DNA of 64,000 nt. Source: Planctomycetota bacterium (lineage in GTDB: Bacteria; Planctomycetota; B15-G4). A model generated the notes under the pieces. That model was not told the origin of the DNA. It made no database searches and worked only from the letters and a program-made list of their open reading frames with translations. The DNA lies in contig JBBQUR010000005.1 of the NCBI GenBank assembly GCA_038212275.1, positions 96,001-160,000 on the forward strand, read 5' to 3'. Every line of letters starts with the position of its first letter. The first letter of the stretch is position 1. The translations under genes were made by a program, and so were the position numbers. Below are positions 26,469-35,622 of this stretch, piece by piece.

Positions 26469-28108
26469 GGTGTCCACATCCCCTTCGTGTCGATGAAAAG
26501 CAGCCCCATGTCCTTCAGCAGCGTGAGTCGCGAGATGAAGTGGTTTGCCGTGAGGTCGATGAGCGCATTCTGCGCGTCCACGAGCGACTGCCGCGCGTCG
26601 AGCAGGTCGCGGTTGTCCACGTCGCCGGACTCGTAGCGGATCTCCGTGACCGCGACGGCGCGCTGCTCCTGCTCCACCTGCTGCTTCTGAAGCTCGATCT
26701 GCTGCGCGACGCGTTCCAGCTGGCGCAACTGGTCCTTGATGTCGCGCTCGGTGTTGTCCAGCAGCAGCGAGTAGTCGCGCCGCGCATGCTCCAGGGCGAG
26801 CTGCGTGCTGCGGTAGTTGTTGCGCTCGAACTGTCGGTTGAGCGGCAGGCTCAGCGACAGGCCGAGACTTGCGGAGGCGTTTTCCGGGTAGGCGTTCACG
26901 AAGTCGGTGTCGCTGCCGGACACGCCGTAGGCGGCGAGAAGGCCGAGGTCCGCCTGCAGGCCGTCTCGAGCGATGCGCACGTAGCGCTCGTTGTCCTGCA
27001 GGCGCTCGGCGGCGTTGATCAGGTCGAGCCGGTTCTTCAGGGACACTGCCACCGCGGACGCCGGGTCCAGGCTCACGGGCTCGAAGGAGGGGGTCTCGTC
27101 GGCGATGACGACGTGCGTGGTCGAGGGCAGCCCGAGACGCAGCTTGAAGCCGTCCACGGCCGCCTCGTAGTCGGCTCGCGCCGAGAGCAACTCCGTCTCG
27201 GCCGTGATCACGCGTCGTCGCGCCAGGAACACGTCCTCGTCCTTGTTGCGGTCCACGAGCCGCAGCGCCTCGGCCTTGGTCAGGTCGAACTGCACGTCGC
27301 GCCAGTTCTGCTCGAGGTTGACCAGCCGCTGCTTGCGGCTCACGAGGTCGAAGAACTCGCGCGCGATGTTGATGCTGTATTCCTCGCGGAACAGCTCGAA
27401 GTCGCGCACCGCGTAGACGATGCTGCGCTCGCCTTGCGTGAGCGCCTCGTGGCTCACCTCGTAGCCCGCTCCGCGCAGCAGCGGCTGCGTGAGGGCCAGG
27501 TCCAGGGTGCTGTCGAAGCGCGGGTCGCTGCCGTTGTCGGCGCCGCCGCCCGTGTGCAGCGCCGCGACGGCGCCGCCGATCGTGAAGTTGCCGCCCGTGG
27601 GCAGGATCTGCGAGACGCCGAGGTCCCAGGCCAGGCGGTTGTTGGCGCCACTGTTCTTCAGGTCCGACCAGAGATAGGCGACGGTGGAGTTGAGCTGCGG
27701 CCCGAAGTCGTAGCGCGTGAGCGTGAGCCCCAGCCCCTCCAGGTACAGGGACTCCTTCCTGTTGATGAAGTCACGGCCGGTGGTGACCGCGAGCTCCAGC
27801 GACGTCGCGAGGTCGAGCTGCAGCGGCGCGACGCCGGCCGAGGCGCCGCTGGCCTCGGTGGGGTCGTCCGGCTCGTCGACGGGGGCTGCGGCGCTTTGCT
27901 CGGGCGTCTCGTCGTCCGGCCTGGCGGCCTCCGGGTACAGCACGCGCGCCCGGCGATCCGACAGCGCCGACGTGTCCGTCTCCGCGAGCAGCGTGTCCAC
28001 CTGGAAGTCCGCCTGCGCGGAATAGTCCTCGGGCGAGAGGCAGGCCGACTGGCCCACGGCAAGCCACGCGAGGCCCGCAAGGGCCAGGATGGATCGTGCT
28101 GTGCTCAT
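26465..28108 (-). CDS. TolC-family outer membrane efflux lipoprotein
   Basis: Lipobox QSAC; LTQPLLRGAG; RYESGDVDNRDLLDARQSL; first gene of the tripartite exporter. Confidence 0.88.
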   Translation of the reverse strand: MSTARSILALAGLAWLAVGQSACLSPEDYSAQADFQVDTLLAETDTSALSDRRARVLYPEAARPDDETPEQSAAAPVDEPDDPTEASGASAGVAPLQLDLATSLELAVTTGRDFINRKESLYLEGLGLTLTRYDFGPQLNSTVAYLWSDLKNSGANNRLAWDLGVSQILPTGGNFTIGGAVAALHTGGGADNGSDPRFDSTLDLALTQPLLRGAGYEVSHEALTQGERSIVYAVRDFELFREEYSINIAREFFDLVSRKQRLVNLEQNWRDVQFDLTKAEALRLVDRNKDEDVFLARRRVITAETELLSARADYEAAVDGFKLRLGLPSTTHVVIADETPSFEPVSLDPASAVAVSLKNRLDLINAAERLQDNERYVRIARDGLQADLGLLAAYGVSGSDTDFVNAYPENASASLGLSLSLPLNRQFERNNYRSTQLALEHARRDYSLLLDNTERDIKDQLRQLERVAQQIELQKQQVEQEQRAVAVTEIRYESGDVDNRDLLDARQSLVDAQNALIDLTANHFISRLTLLKDMGLLFIDTKGMWTP

Positions 28109-28297
28109 GCCCGAGGATTCCTGCCCCGCCTGCGCTGTGGCGCGCCGTACGTTCCGATGCTCACTCAGTACGCACGCGGAGGTCGTCTGGCAACACGCTT
28201 GAGACGGCCAATGTATCGCATGGATTTCCGCCGAGCGGGCCGGAGCCGTGGCGTGCGCATGACCTGGCCGTCCGGATCGGCAAGCGCAGCAAGCGCA

Positions 28298-28346
28298 TGA
28301 AAACAGCGCGGGCCCGTGCCGATCGCGAGATCAGCACGGGCCCGCG
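28298..28346 (-). terminator. Rho-independent terminator of the DUF3332 gene
   Basis: Stem CGCGGGCCCGTGC/GCACGGGCCCGCG with inner GATC-GCGA-GATC, followed on the minus strand by CTGTTTT. Confidence 0.75.
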
Positions 28347-28386
28347 GAAGCCGTCCGCGCCACGGGCGCGGAGCAGCAGCGGACGA

Positions 28387-28734
28387 TCAGTGCGCCTGGC
28401 CCGGAGCCTGGATCATGGTCACCGAATACGGGAGACCGACGACGGCCGCGACCTGATCCATCTCACCCTGCGCCGGCACCGTGCTCGCGGTGATCGGGTT
28501 GGTGCCGCCCCAGAACTCGATCGAGTTGAAGATCAGCGTGTCGCCGATCACGCAGAGCGGGTACATGAACCAGCCGGTCACCAGGTAGACCGCCTCGTTG
28601 CCCCACTTGTTGCCCATGGAGCCGTTCCAGTGATGGAACTTCTGGGTCGCGTTGAACGGACCGTAGCAGCCGGTGGACAGGGTGGCGAGGCACAGTGCAG
28701 CGACAAGGGCACTCCGCTTGAGGAACTTCAGCAT
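28387..28734 (-). CDS. DUF3332-family lipoprotein
   Basis: STGCYGPFNAT...WN...NKWGNEAVYL...DTLIFNSIEFWGGTNP; GGAG RBS. Confidence 0.85.
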   Translation of the reverse strand: MLKFLKRSALVAALCLATLSTGCYGPFNATQKFHHWNGSMGNKWGNEAVYLVTGWFMYPLCVIGDTLIFNSIEFWGGTNPITASTVPAQGEMDQVAAVVGLPYSVTMIQAPGQAH

Positions 28735-28894
28735 GAGAACGTCTCCGTGAATGGTCGGGTGGATACTCGCGAGCACCTTGTGCTCCGGTAACTCACCGGG
28801 CACCGCTCGAACGGGCGCACTCTAACCAATCAAGCGCCGAGTCAATGCGGGAACCTTGTCCATCCGGGGCGTTCTCGCGCCCGCGGCGGCCCCG

Positions 28895-31800
28895 TCACGA
28901 GGCGTTCGGCTGCGGCTTGCGGGCCGGTTTGGCGGCCTGCCGCGACTCGGACCGGGGGGGCGTGCTCTGCCCCGCGCCGGCGGGTGTCGGCAGTTTCAGG
29001 ACGTGCGCTCCGGCCCGGGTGGCCAGTGCGTCGGCCAAGGCTGCGTGGCAGGTCAGCACGATGACCTGCCGGCGCGCGCCGAGCTCCTTGAGCAGCGCGA
29101 CGCCGTGCTGGCTGCGGGTCGCGTCCCAGTTGACGAGCACGTCATCCAGGACCAGCGGCAGCGGCTGCTCGCCGTCCATCTGGTCCGCGAGGGCCAGGCG
29201 CAGCGCGAACTGCAGCTGCTCGCGCAGGCCGCGCGACAAGGGGTGGCCGGCTTCCATCGCCTGGCCCTGGTCGGCGCGCTTCACGAAGAGGCGCGGCGCG
29301 CCGGCCTGCGACGTGCGCTCGACCTCGAGGCGTTCCCAGCGCTCGCCCGTGAGCGTCGCCAGGTGGGTGGAGGCCGCCCGCAGGACCGGTGGCTGGAAGT
29401 GCTCCCGGTAACGGAGGTCCGCCTCGCGCACCACGGCCGCCAGCAGCGCCAGCCGGTCGTGCCGCCGGGCCAGCGTCCGCTGCTGCTCGGCGAGTGCCGC
29501 GATGGCGCCGTCCACGTCGCACAGGCTGCGCTGGGCGCTGAGCTGCGCGCGCTCGACCTGCAGCGCGGCCTGCTCCTCGGTCAGGGTCGCGAGCCCGGCC
29601 GACGTCTGCTCGATGTTGCGCACCAGGGCGACGCGCTGCTCGGTGGAGAGATCCAGGGTCTCGCCGGCGGCCAGCGCCGCGCGGGCTTCGTCGCCGCGCT
29701 CCTTCCAGTCGGGGAACTGCTCGTGCAGGGCGCGCTCCATCGCGTCGGCATCCTTGAGCCAGGTGCGCGCCTGCTCCAGCCAGCGCAGTCCGGCCTCGGG
29801 GCTCCGGCCCTCGAAGTCGAGCTGCGACAGGCGCTGCTCGAACAGGCCGAGCTCCTTCTCGCCCAGAGCGCGCCGCTCGCTGGCCGTGCGGAAATCCTCG
29901 CGCAGTCCGGGCAGGGCCTTGGCGGACTCCTCGGCGCGCCGGCGATTGGACAGCGCCGTCTGCAGGCGGTCGAGCCAGAGCGTGGCGGAGTCCATCGCGT
30001 TGCCGGGAAGCGTCATGTCGAGACTCTCGGCCAGGCGGCCGCCGCGGGCTTCACGCTCGCGGGCGCGGCGCGCGACGGCCTCGCGCTCGCCGAGCAGGCG
30101 CGTCATCTCGCGCAGCACGCCGCGCAGTTCCTCGAGGTCGTTGAAGAGGTCCTGGCCAGGCTGCTCGAGGCGCGACGGCGCGATGGGGAGCACCTGGAGA
30201 TGCTGCGTGACCGCGGCGTGCGCCTTGTCGCGCTCGGCCACCTTCACGGACACGCGCTTGATGCAGTCCTCGACGCGCTGGCGTGCCGCCACGAGCCGGC
30301 GTTCCAGCTCCGGTCGCGCCGCGACGTGCGCGAGGGCCTGCTGCGCAGGACCGAGCTGGCTCTCCACCGTCTCGAATTCGTGCAGGCCGAGCTGCGTGCG
30401 CAGCTTGGTGCATTCGTCGCCCTGCGCCTTGGCGCGGGCCTCGTCGGGCAGCAGCGCCACGGCCTGCGGCTTGCGCCGCAGCACGACGACGCCGGCCGCG
30501 ACCAGCGCTGCAGCCACCGGTCCGAGCATGGCCCACGACGTGCTCCCGCCCGTGAGCAGCGACGTCAGCAGCGCGCCGCCGGCTGCGAAGAGCCCGAGCG
30601 GCGCGAGCAGCCTGCGGCCGGACCCCTTGGGCTTTTCCTTCTTCACCGTCGGCGCCTTGCTCGCCTCGATGTCCTTCTTCAGCGCGTTCAGCACGTCCTC
30701 GCGACCCTGCAGTTCGCGCAGCAGCGCTTCGCGGGCGCGCAGCTTCTTCTCGGCGTCGCTGTTCGGGATCGCCTCGAAATCCAGCTCGCACACGTGCACG
30801 GCTTCCTTGCCCTGACGCACTTCGTCCTGGGCGAGGTCGGGCAGGCGCCGGGCGTCCTCCCACAGCTTGACGCGCGAGGCCAGCTCGGCCATGCCCAGGC
30901 GCGAGAGCGTCTCGCGCTGGCTGGCGTCGAGGCGCTCCGAGAAGGTCTGCGCCGCGCGCTCCGCGAAGAGCGCCTCCTGCGCATCGCGTGCGCGATCGAG
31001 GTCGTTGATGTGCACGAGGTCCTGGTTGTGCACGGCCGACTCGCCGACGAGCGAGCGGATTTCCTGCTCCAGGCCGAGGATCGACGTGTCCTGCAGCGAC
31101 AGCGTCGAGCGGCGGTCGTGGCCGGCGATCTCGGCGTCGAGGCGCGCCTCCGCGGCGCGCTGCTCCTTGACCGTGGTGCGCAGCGTCGCAAGGTGAGTCG
31201 CGCTGTTCTCGGGCAGGTCGTCCACCGCAAGGCGCTCGGCGGACTGCTTGCGCAGGGCCTCGATCTCCTGCAGGCCGCGCAGCACGGGCAGCAGGCGCTC
31301 GGCGCGCTGCAGCCGCGAGCGCATCTCCTGCAGCTGTTCCTGCGTGCCGGCGATGTGCCACGCCTTGCCCGCGAGCAGTTCGCGCAGCAGGAGCTGGCGG
31401 CGCTGACGCGCTGCGGCGCCGACGCGCTCGCGCTGCAGCCGGCGCATGCCGACACCGAGACGGCGGTGACGCGTGTTGCCGCGCGGCGCGCTGCGCCAGA
31501 GTTCCGCGGCGCGTGCCTCGAGACCGGCCGTCGCCTCGCGCGCCGTGTTCAGCGCCGGCAGGTGGCAGCCGCCGAGCAGCCGCTCCTCGACGGCCTGCCA
31601 GGCGGATTCATCCAGTCCGGCGAGGCCCGCGAGTCGCAGCGCATGAAAGCTGTCGAAGTGCGCGCGCGTGACGGGACCGACGCAGTCCAGCGGCCTGTTG
31701 CCGATGCTGCGATCGGTGCTGCCCGCCGCTTCGACGCTGTTCGCGTCGTGCGACACGCCCTCGCCGGGCGCCGCCTCGTCGCTGCCGGACACGATGCCCG

Positions 31801-32101
31801 TCACCGAGAGCGTGCCCTCGGGCATGTGGCGCAGGCGGCGCGTGACGGCCACCGAGCTGCCGTCCGCGAGCCTGAAGCCGGCGCGGCCCGACAGCGGTTC
31901 ACCGCTCCACGGCGCATACGGATGCGCGGCGCGATCGGCCGGCGCGAAGCCGTAGAGCATCGTGGCGAGGAACTCGAGGAAGGTCGACTTGCCGGACTCG
32001 TTGTCGCCAAGCAGCACGAGCACCGGGTGGCTCGCGAGCCGCTCGCCCTTGAAATTCTGCAGGGCGCCGAAGGTCTCGATCTCGAATCGGTCCAGTCTCA
32101 T
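28895..32101 (-). CDS. YhaN-like SMC/Rad50-type ATPase
   Basis: Walker A GDNESGKST; long coiled coil with a hydrophobic hairpin; LSRGLREQLQFALRLA; LVLDDVLVNWD; QVIVLTCH. Confidence 0.88.
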   Translation of the reverse strand: MRLDRFEIETFGALQNFKGERLASHPVLVLLGDNESGKSTFLEFLATMLYGFAPADRAAHPYAPWSGEPLSGRAGFRLADGSSVAVTRRLRHMPEGTLSVTGIVSGSDEAAPGEGVSHDANSVEAAGSTDRSIGNRPLDCVGPVTRAHFDSFHALRLAGLAGLDESAWQAVEERLLGGCHLPALNTAREATAGLEARAAELWRSAPRGNTRHRRLGVGMRRLQRERVGAAARQRRQLLLRELLAGKAWHIAGTQEQLQEMRSRLQRAERLLPVLRGLQEIEALRKQSAERLAVDDLPENSATHLATLRTTVKEQRAAEARLDAEIAGHDRRSTLSLQDTSILGLEQEIRSLVGESAVHNQDLVHINDLDRARDAQEALFAERAAQTFSERLDASQRETLSRLGMAELASRVKLWEDARRLPDLAQDEVRQGKEAVHVCELDFEAIPNSDAEKKLRAREALLRELQGREDVLNALKKDIEASKAPTVKKEKPKGSGRRLLAPLGLFAAGGALLTSLLTGGSTSWAMLGPVAAALVAAGVVVLRRKPQAVALLPDEARAKAQGDECTKLRTQLGLHEFETVESQLGPAQQALAHVAARPELERRLVAARQRVEDCIKRVSVKVAERDKAHAAVTQHLQVLPIAPSRLEQPGQDLFNDLEELRGVLREMTRLLGEREAVARRAREREARGGRLAESLDMTLPGNAMDSATLWLDRLQTALSNRRRAEESAKALPGLREDFRTASERRALGEKELGLFEQRLSQLDFEGRSPEAGLRWLEQARTWLKDADAMERALHEQFPDWKERGDEARAALAAGETLDLSTEQRVALVRNIEQTSAGLATLTEEQAALQVERAQLSAQRSLCDVDGAIAALAEQQRTLARRHDRLALLAAVVREADLRYREHFQPPVLRAASTHLATLTGERWERLEVERTSQAGAPRLFVKRADQGQAMEAGHPLSRGLREQLQFALRLALADQMDGEQPLPLVLDDVLVNWDATRSQHGVALLKELGARRQVIVLTCHAALADALATRAGAHVLKLPTPAGAGQSTPPRSESRQAAKPARKPQPNAS

Positions 32102-33450
32102 GCCAGTGTCTCCTTCAGCAGGACTTCGCCTGCAGCGCCGTCGATCCCGATGAGCAGCGAGCGCAGGTAGGCGCGCCTGGTCTCCGCGTCCGTGCCGTGG
32201 CAGCCGGCGAGCGTGGCGGGCGCCAGGCTTTCCAGCAGCTCGTCGTCCTCCGCGAGGGCGTCGAGCACGGCGAGCGAGAGCCCGAGCACGTGCGGCTGGC
32301 CGCGATGGCCGTCCAGTTCGACGGGGCGACGCACGCCGGCCTCGATGAGCTCCACGGCGAGCACGCCGTCCGGTTCCAGTTCCGCGGCGAGTTGCTCGGC
32401 CATCTCCTCCAGCACCTCGTCGCGCTGCAGCTGCGCCGCGGCGGGGCAGGCGCCCGACACGTCGACGCGCAGCATCCAGCGCATCGCCGCGACATGCTCC
32501 GGGGTGTCGGCGGCCGCGGTGCGGTGGAAGCTCTCGCGGAGCATGGCGCGCAGCACGGAGAGATCCGCGATCGTCGCGAGGCTGTCGTCCAGCGGCAGCG
32601 TTTCCCAGCGCACGCCGGCGAGTTCGTGGAACTCGGCGCTGACGGCGCCGTGCTGCGGCACCGTGACGAGCAGGGCGCCGTGTGCTCCGCTCTCTTCGGG
32701 CCGATGCCCGATGAGCGTGCCGGGATAGCAGGCCAGCGGGCCAGCGGCCGACCGCTTGTCCGGCGCGAGATCCGGATCGACGAAGGCCTGGCGCGTGTGC
32801 ACGTGGCCGAGCGCCCAGTAGCGATATCCCTTGCCGGCCAGATCGGCCAGCGTGCAGGGCGCCACCGCCGGGTGCCGCTGCATGCGATCGGCCTCCGCGA
32901 CGCGCGCGTGCAGCAGTCCGACCGTCGGCACGCTGCCGCCTGCGGCCGGGAACAGCGCCGCGAGGTTCTCCGCGTCGTGGTCATCGGCGTGTCCGCAACC
33001 GATGACGCGGCCGACGGTCGAGCCGTCGGCCGCCGTGATCGTGACCTCCTGCGGCTCATGCCCGGACACCAGCGTGAAGTGCGACGTCGGCCAGCTCATG
33101 CGCGCGGCACGGCTCTCCGTCGAGCCCGTGTCGTGGTTGCCGCAGGCGACGACGACGTGGATGCCCGCGGCGGAGAGCCGCGTGACCTGCTCGAGGATGA
33201 AGTCCTCGGTGGCGAAGCTGAGGCGTTCGTCGCTGAAGAGGTCGCCGGCGACGAGCAGCGCATGGACGCGCTCCGCGAGGCACAGGTCGACCATGCGCGC
33301 GAAGGCGGCGCGACCCGCGTCGTGCAGCCGCGCGCGCACGTCGTCGTTCGTGACATGGAACGGCGAGTCCAGGTGAACGTCGGCGCAGTGCACGAAGCGG
33401 AAGGCTGTGCCGGGCGCGCCCTGGGGGGGAGGGTTCGACGCGGTGCTCAT
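32098..33450 (-). CDS. YhaO/SbcD/Mre11-like metallophosphoesterase (DNA repair exonuclease)
   Basis: HCADVHLD, AGDLF, GNHD, GLLH, YWALGHVH, YPG; overlaps the ATPase start. Confidence 0.9.
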   Translation of the reverse strand: MSTASNPPPQGAPGTAFRFVHCADVHLDSPFHVTNDDVRARLHDAGRAAFARMVDLCLAERVHALLVAGDLFSDERLSFATEDFILEQVTRLSAAGIHVVVACGNHDTGSTESRAARMSWPTSHFTLVSGHEPQEVTITAADGSTVGRVIGCGHADDHDAENLAALFPAAGGSVPTVGLLHARVAEADRMQRHPAVAPCTLADLAGKGYRYWALGHVHTRQAFVDPDLAPDKRSAAGPLACYPGTLIGHRPEESGAHGALLVTVPQHGAVSAEFHELAGVRWETLPLDDSLATIADLSVLRAMLRESFHRTAAADTPEHVAAMRWMLRVDVSGACPAAAQLQRDEVLEEMAEQLAAELEPDGVLAVELIEAGVRRPVELDGHRGQPHVLGLSLAVLDALAEDDELLESLAPATLAGCHGTDAETRRAYLRSLLIGIDGAAGEVLLKETLA

Positions 33451-33641
33451 GGCGCGGTCTCGTCGCGGGGTGTCGGGCGGAAGGTGTGAGGCCCGCGGGA
33501 ACGGCGCCGCAACCCCGGCGCGCGACACGCCTTGGTCCGGCTCGCCCGTGGGCAACCGGCCTATCGGCAGATTTCGTCGTGAAGTTGTGCCGGTTGTCGA
33601 GAGCCTTGCCGGCCATCGCGGGGAGGGCTAGAGTCCGACCC

Positions 33642-34094
33642 ATGCTCGGGCCCGCCACACGCCGCTTCGCAAGCCGATTCGCGACGTGGGCCTTCGTGGC
33701 GTGCAGCCTCTTCGGCGCGCTGTCTCCCGCGCAGGGTCTCGTGCTCTGCGTCGAGGCCGAAGGCAGCGTCAGCATCGAGAGCGCCTTCGGCGAGAGCTGC
33801 TGCACCGAGCGTCCCGAACTGCCGCAGCCCGGCGAGGCCGGCGACGAGGCCCGGGCGCAACCGGACTCTTCCCGCTGCCTGTGCATCGACGTGCCGCTCG
33901 CGAGCGTCAGCGATCAGCGCCGGGCCCCGCATGGCTCGGTGCTCGTGTTTTCGATGGACGCACTGGCCGACGCTGCGGGAAGCGCCGTCGTCCGGCTCGA
34001 CGATCCGGCCGACCGGTGTCGCCGGGTGCGCCATGACGTGAGGCGCGCGGCCGCTTCGCTCGTCGTCGAGCGCAGCGTCGTGCTCGTCGTCTAG
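33642..34094 (+). CDS. Small Cys-rich exported protein preceding czcCBA
   Basis: Signal, then LVLCVEAEGSVSIE...CC...CLCIDVP...SVVLVV; TAGAGT 7 nt before the ATG. Confidence 0.7.
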   Translation: MLGPATRRFASRFATWAFVACSLFGALSPAQGLVLCVEAEGSVSIESAFGESCCTERPELPQPGEAGDEARAQPDSSRCLCIDVPLASVSDQRRAPHGSVLVFSMDALADAAGSAVVRLDDPADRCRRVRHDVRRAAASLVVERSVVLVV

Positions 34095-34161
34095 AGCCGC
34101 GTCGTCGGCGCGACCGCGGCTCGCACGCCGCCGTCGGCCGCCTCGTCGCGCCCCGACGCAG

Positions 34162-35622
34162 ATGTCCGGGCGTCGTCCCATCCGCGCCGATCCGCGCGGA
34201 TTCCCTGCTGAACTCGTGACGGCGTGGAGACTTCCCTTGATCGTGATCCGGCCCCGAAGGCGAGCCGCTGCTGCCGGCCTCGTCGGCGCCTGCCTGCTGC
34301 AGGCGTGTGCGACCTACACGCCGGCTCCGCTCGTTCCCGACGACGAGCTGGCCGGCCTGCGCAGCGTGCAACTGCAGACGGTGCGCATCGAACGCGAAGC
34401 GCCGGGCACGGACGCGTCGGCCCGCGGGACCGGCTTCGACCTGGCCGACGGCCTCGACGAGGCGGAGCTGGTGGCCGTCGCGCTCACGCTGAACCCCGAG
34501 CTGCGCGCGCGGCGCCTGCAGCTGGGCGAGGCTTCGGCGCTGCTCGTCTCCGCCGGACTCTGGCCCGATCCGGAGCTGGCCGTTTCGGTGCTGCCCGGCA
34601 TCAACGGCGCCGATTCCGTCGGCGTCGGAGCAAGCCTGTTGCTCGAGCTGCTGGCGCCCGACGAACGGCCTGCCGGCGTCGCGCTCGCGCAAGCGCAGGT
34701 CGACATCGCGCGCGCCGACATCATGGCGGCGGAACAGCGTCTCGTCGCCGACGTGCGCCGCGCGCGCCTCGCGGTGCTTGGCTCGGAGCAGCTGGTGCGG
34801 CTGCTGCAGCTGGAGGCCGGGCTTGCCGCCGAGGCGCTCGCGCTGCTGACGAAGCAGCACGAACTGGGTGAGGCCAACGAGCTGACCCTCGCGCTGGTTG
34901 CGCTGGAAGAGGCCAGCTCGGCGCGCCGGCTCCGCGACGGCCAGGCCGCGGCCGAGGCCGCCGCTCGCGCTCTCCTCGAACGAGCCGGGCTGCCGCCGGG
35001 TGCCGAGCTTCCGCTGTCGGAGCGCGGCGAGCCGCTGACGATCACGCTGCGCATCGACCCGGACGACGACGCGCTCGATCGGCGCGTGCTCGCCGGAAAC
35101 CCCGAACTCCGTACGCGCGCCGCGGAGTACGAGGCCGCGGAGCAGGAGCTGCGGCTCGCGATCGCGCGCCAGCTTCCGCACCTCGGCGTCGGGCCGGCCT
35201 ACGAGCGCGATGTCGAGGGCAGCGAGGGCTTCGGCCTCGGCGCGACGTTCACGCTGCCGCTCTGGAATCGCCATCAGGCCGGGATAGAAGGCCGGACGGC
35301 GGCGCGCGACCGGTCGCGCGCCGAGTACGTCGCCGTGCTGCACGCCGCGCGCGCGCGGGCCTTCGCGGCGCGCGCCGAGCTGCGTCGCGCCCGCGCCGAG
35401 GTCGAGCTTCAGGAACAGCAGGTGGGGCCGCTCGCCGCGCGCACCGAGGCACTCTTCGAGGGTGCGCTGCGCGCCGGCGAGCTGACCGGTCTGGAGTGGC
35501 TCACCGCGCGCGGCCACGCGGTGGAGGCGCGCCGCGGGCTGACCGATGCGCTGCTGCGCTACGCCGACGCCGCCGTCGAACTGGATGCCGTGACAGGTGA
35601 AGGAGGATTCGACCATGAGTGA
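34162..35622 (+). CDS. czcC: CzcC-like TolC-family outer membrane factor (start uncertain)
   Basis: Lipobox LQAC; ALTLNPELRA; LPLWNRHQAGI; upstream of the adaptor and RND genes. Confidence 0.8.
   Translation: MSGRRPIRADPRGFPAELVTAWRLPLIVIRPRRRAAAAGLVGACLLQACATYTPAPLVPDDELAGLRSVQLQTVRIEREAPGTDASARGTGFDLADGLDEAELVAVALTLNPELRARRLQLGEASALLVSAGLWPDPELAVSVLPGINGADSVGVGASLLLELLAPDERPAGVALAQAQVDIARADIMAAEQRLVADVRRARLAVLGSEQLVRLLQLEAGLAAEALALLTKQHELGEANELTLALVALEEASSARRLRDGQAAAEAAARALLERAGLPPGAELPLSERGEPLTITLRIDPDDDALDRRVLAGNPELRTRAAEYEAAEQELRLAIARQLPHLGVGPAYERDVEGSEGFGLGATFTLPLWNRHQAGIEGRTAARDRSRAEYVAVLHAARARAFAARAELRRARAEVELQEQQVGPLAARTEALFEGALRAGELTGLEWLTARGHAVEARRGLTDALLRYADAAVELDAVTGEGGFDHE

Noticed and set aside
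28819..28845. TTGACT...TAGAGT minus-strand promoter for the DUF3332 gene
   Set aside because: The spacer is only 15 nt; plausible but not supportable.
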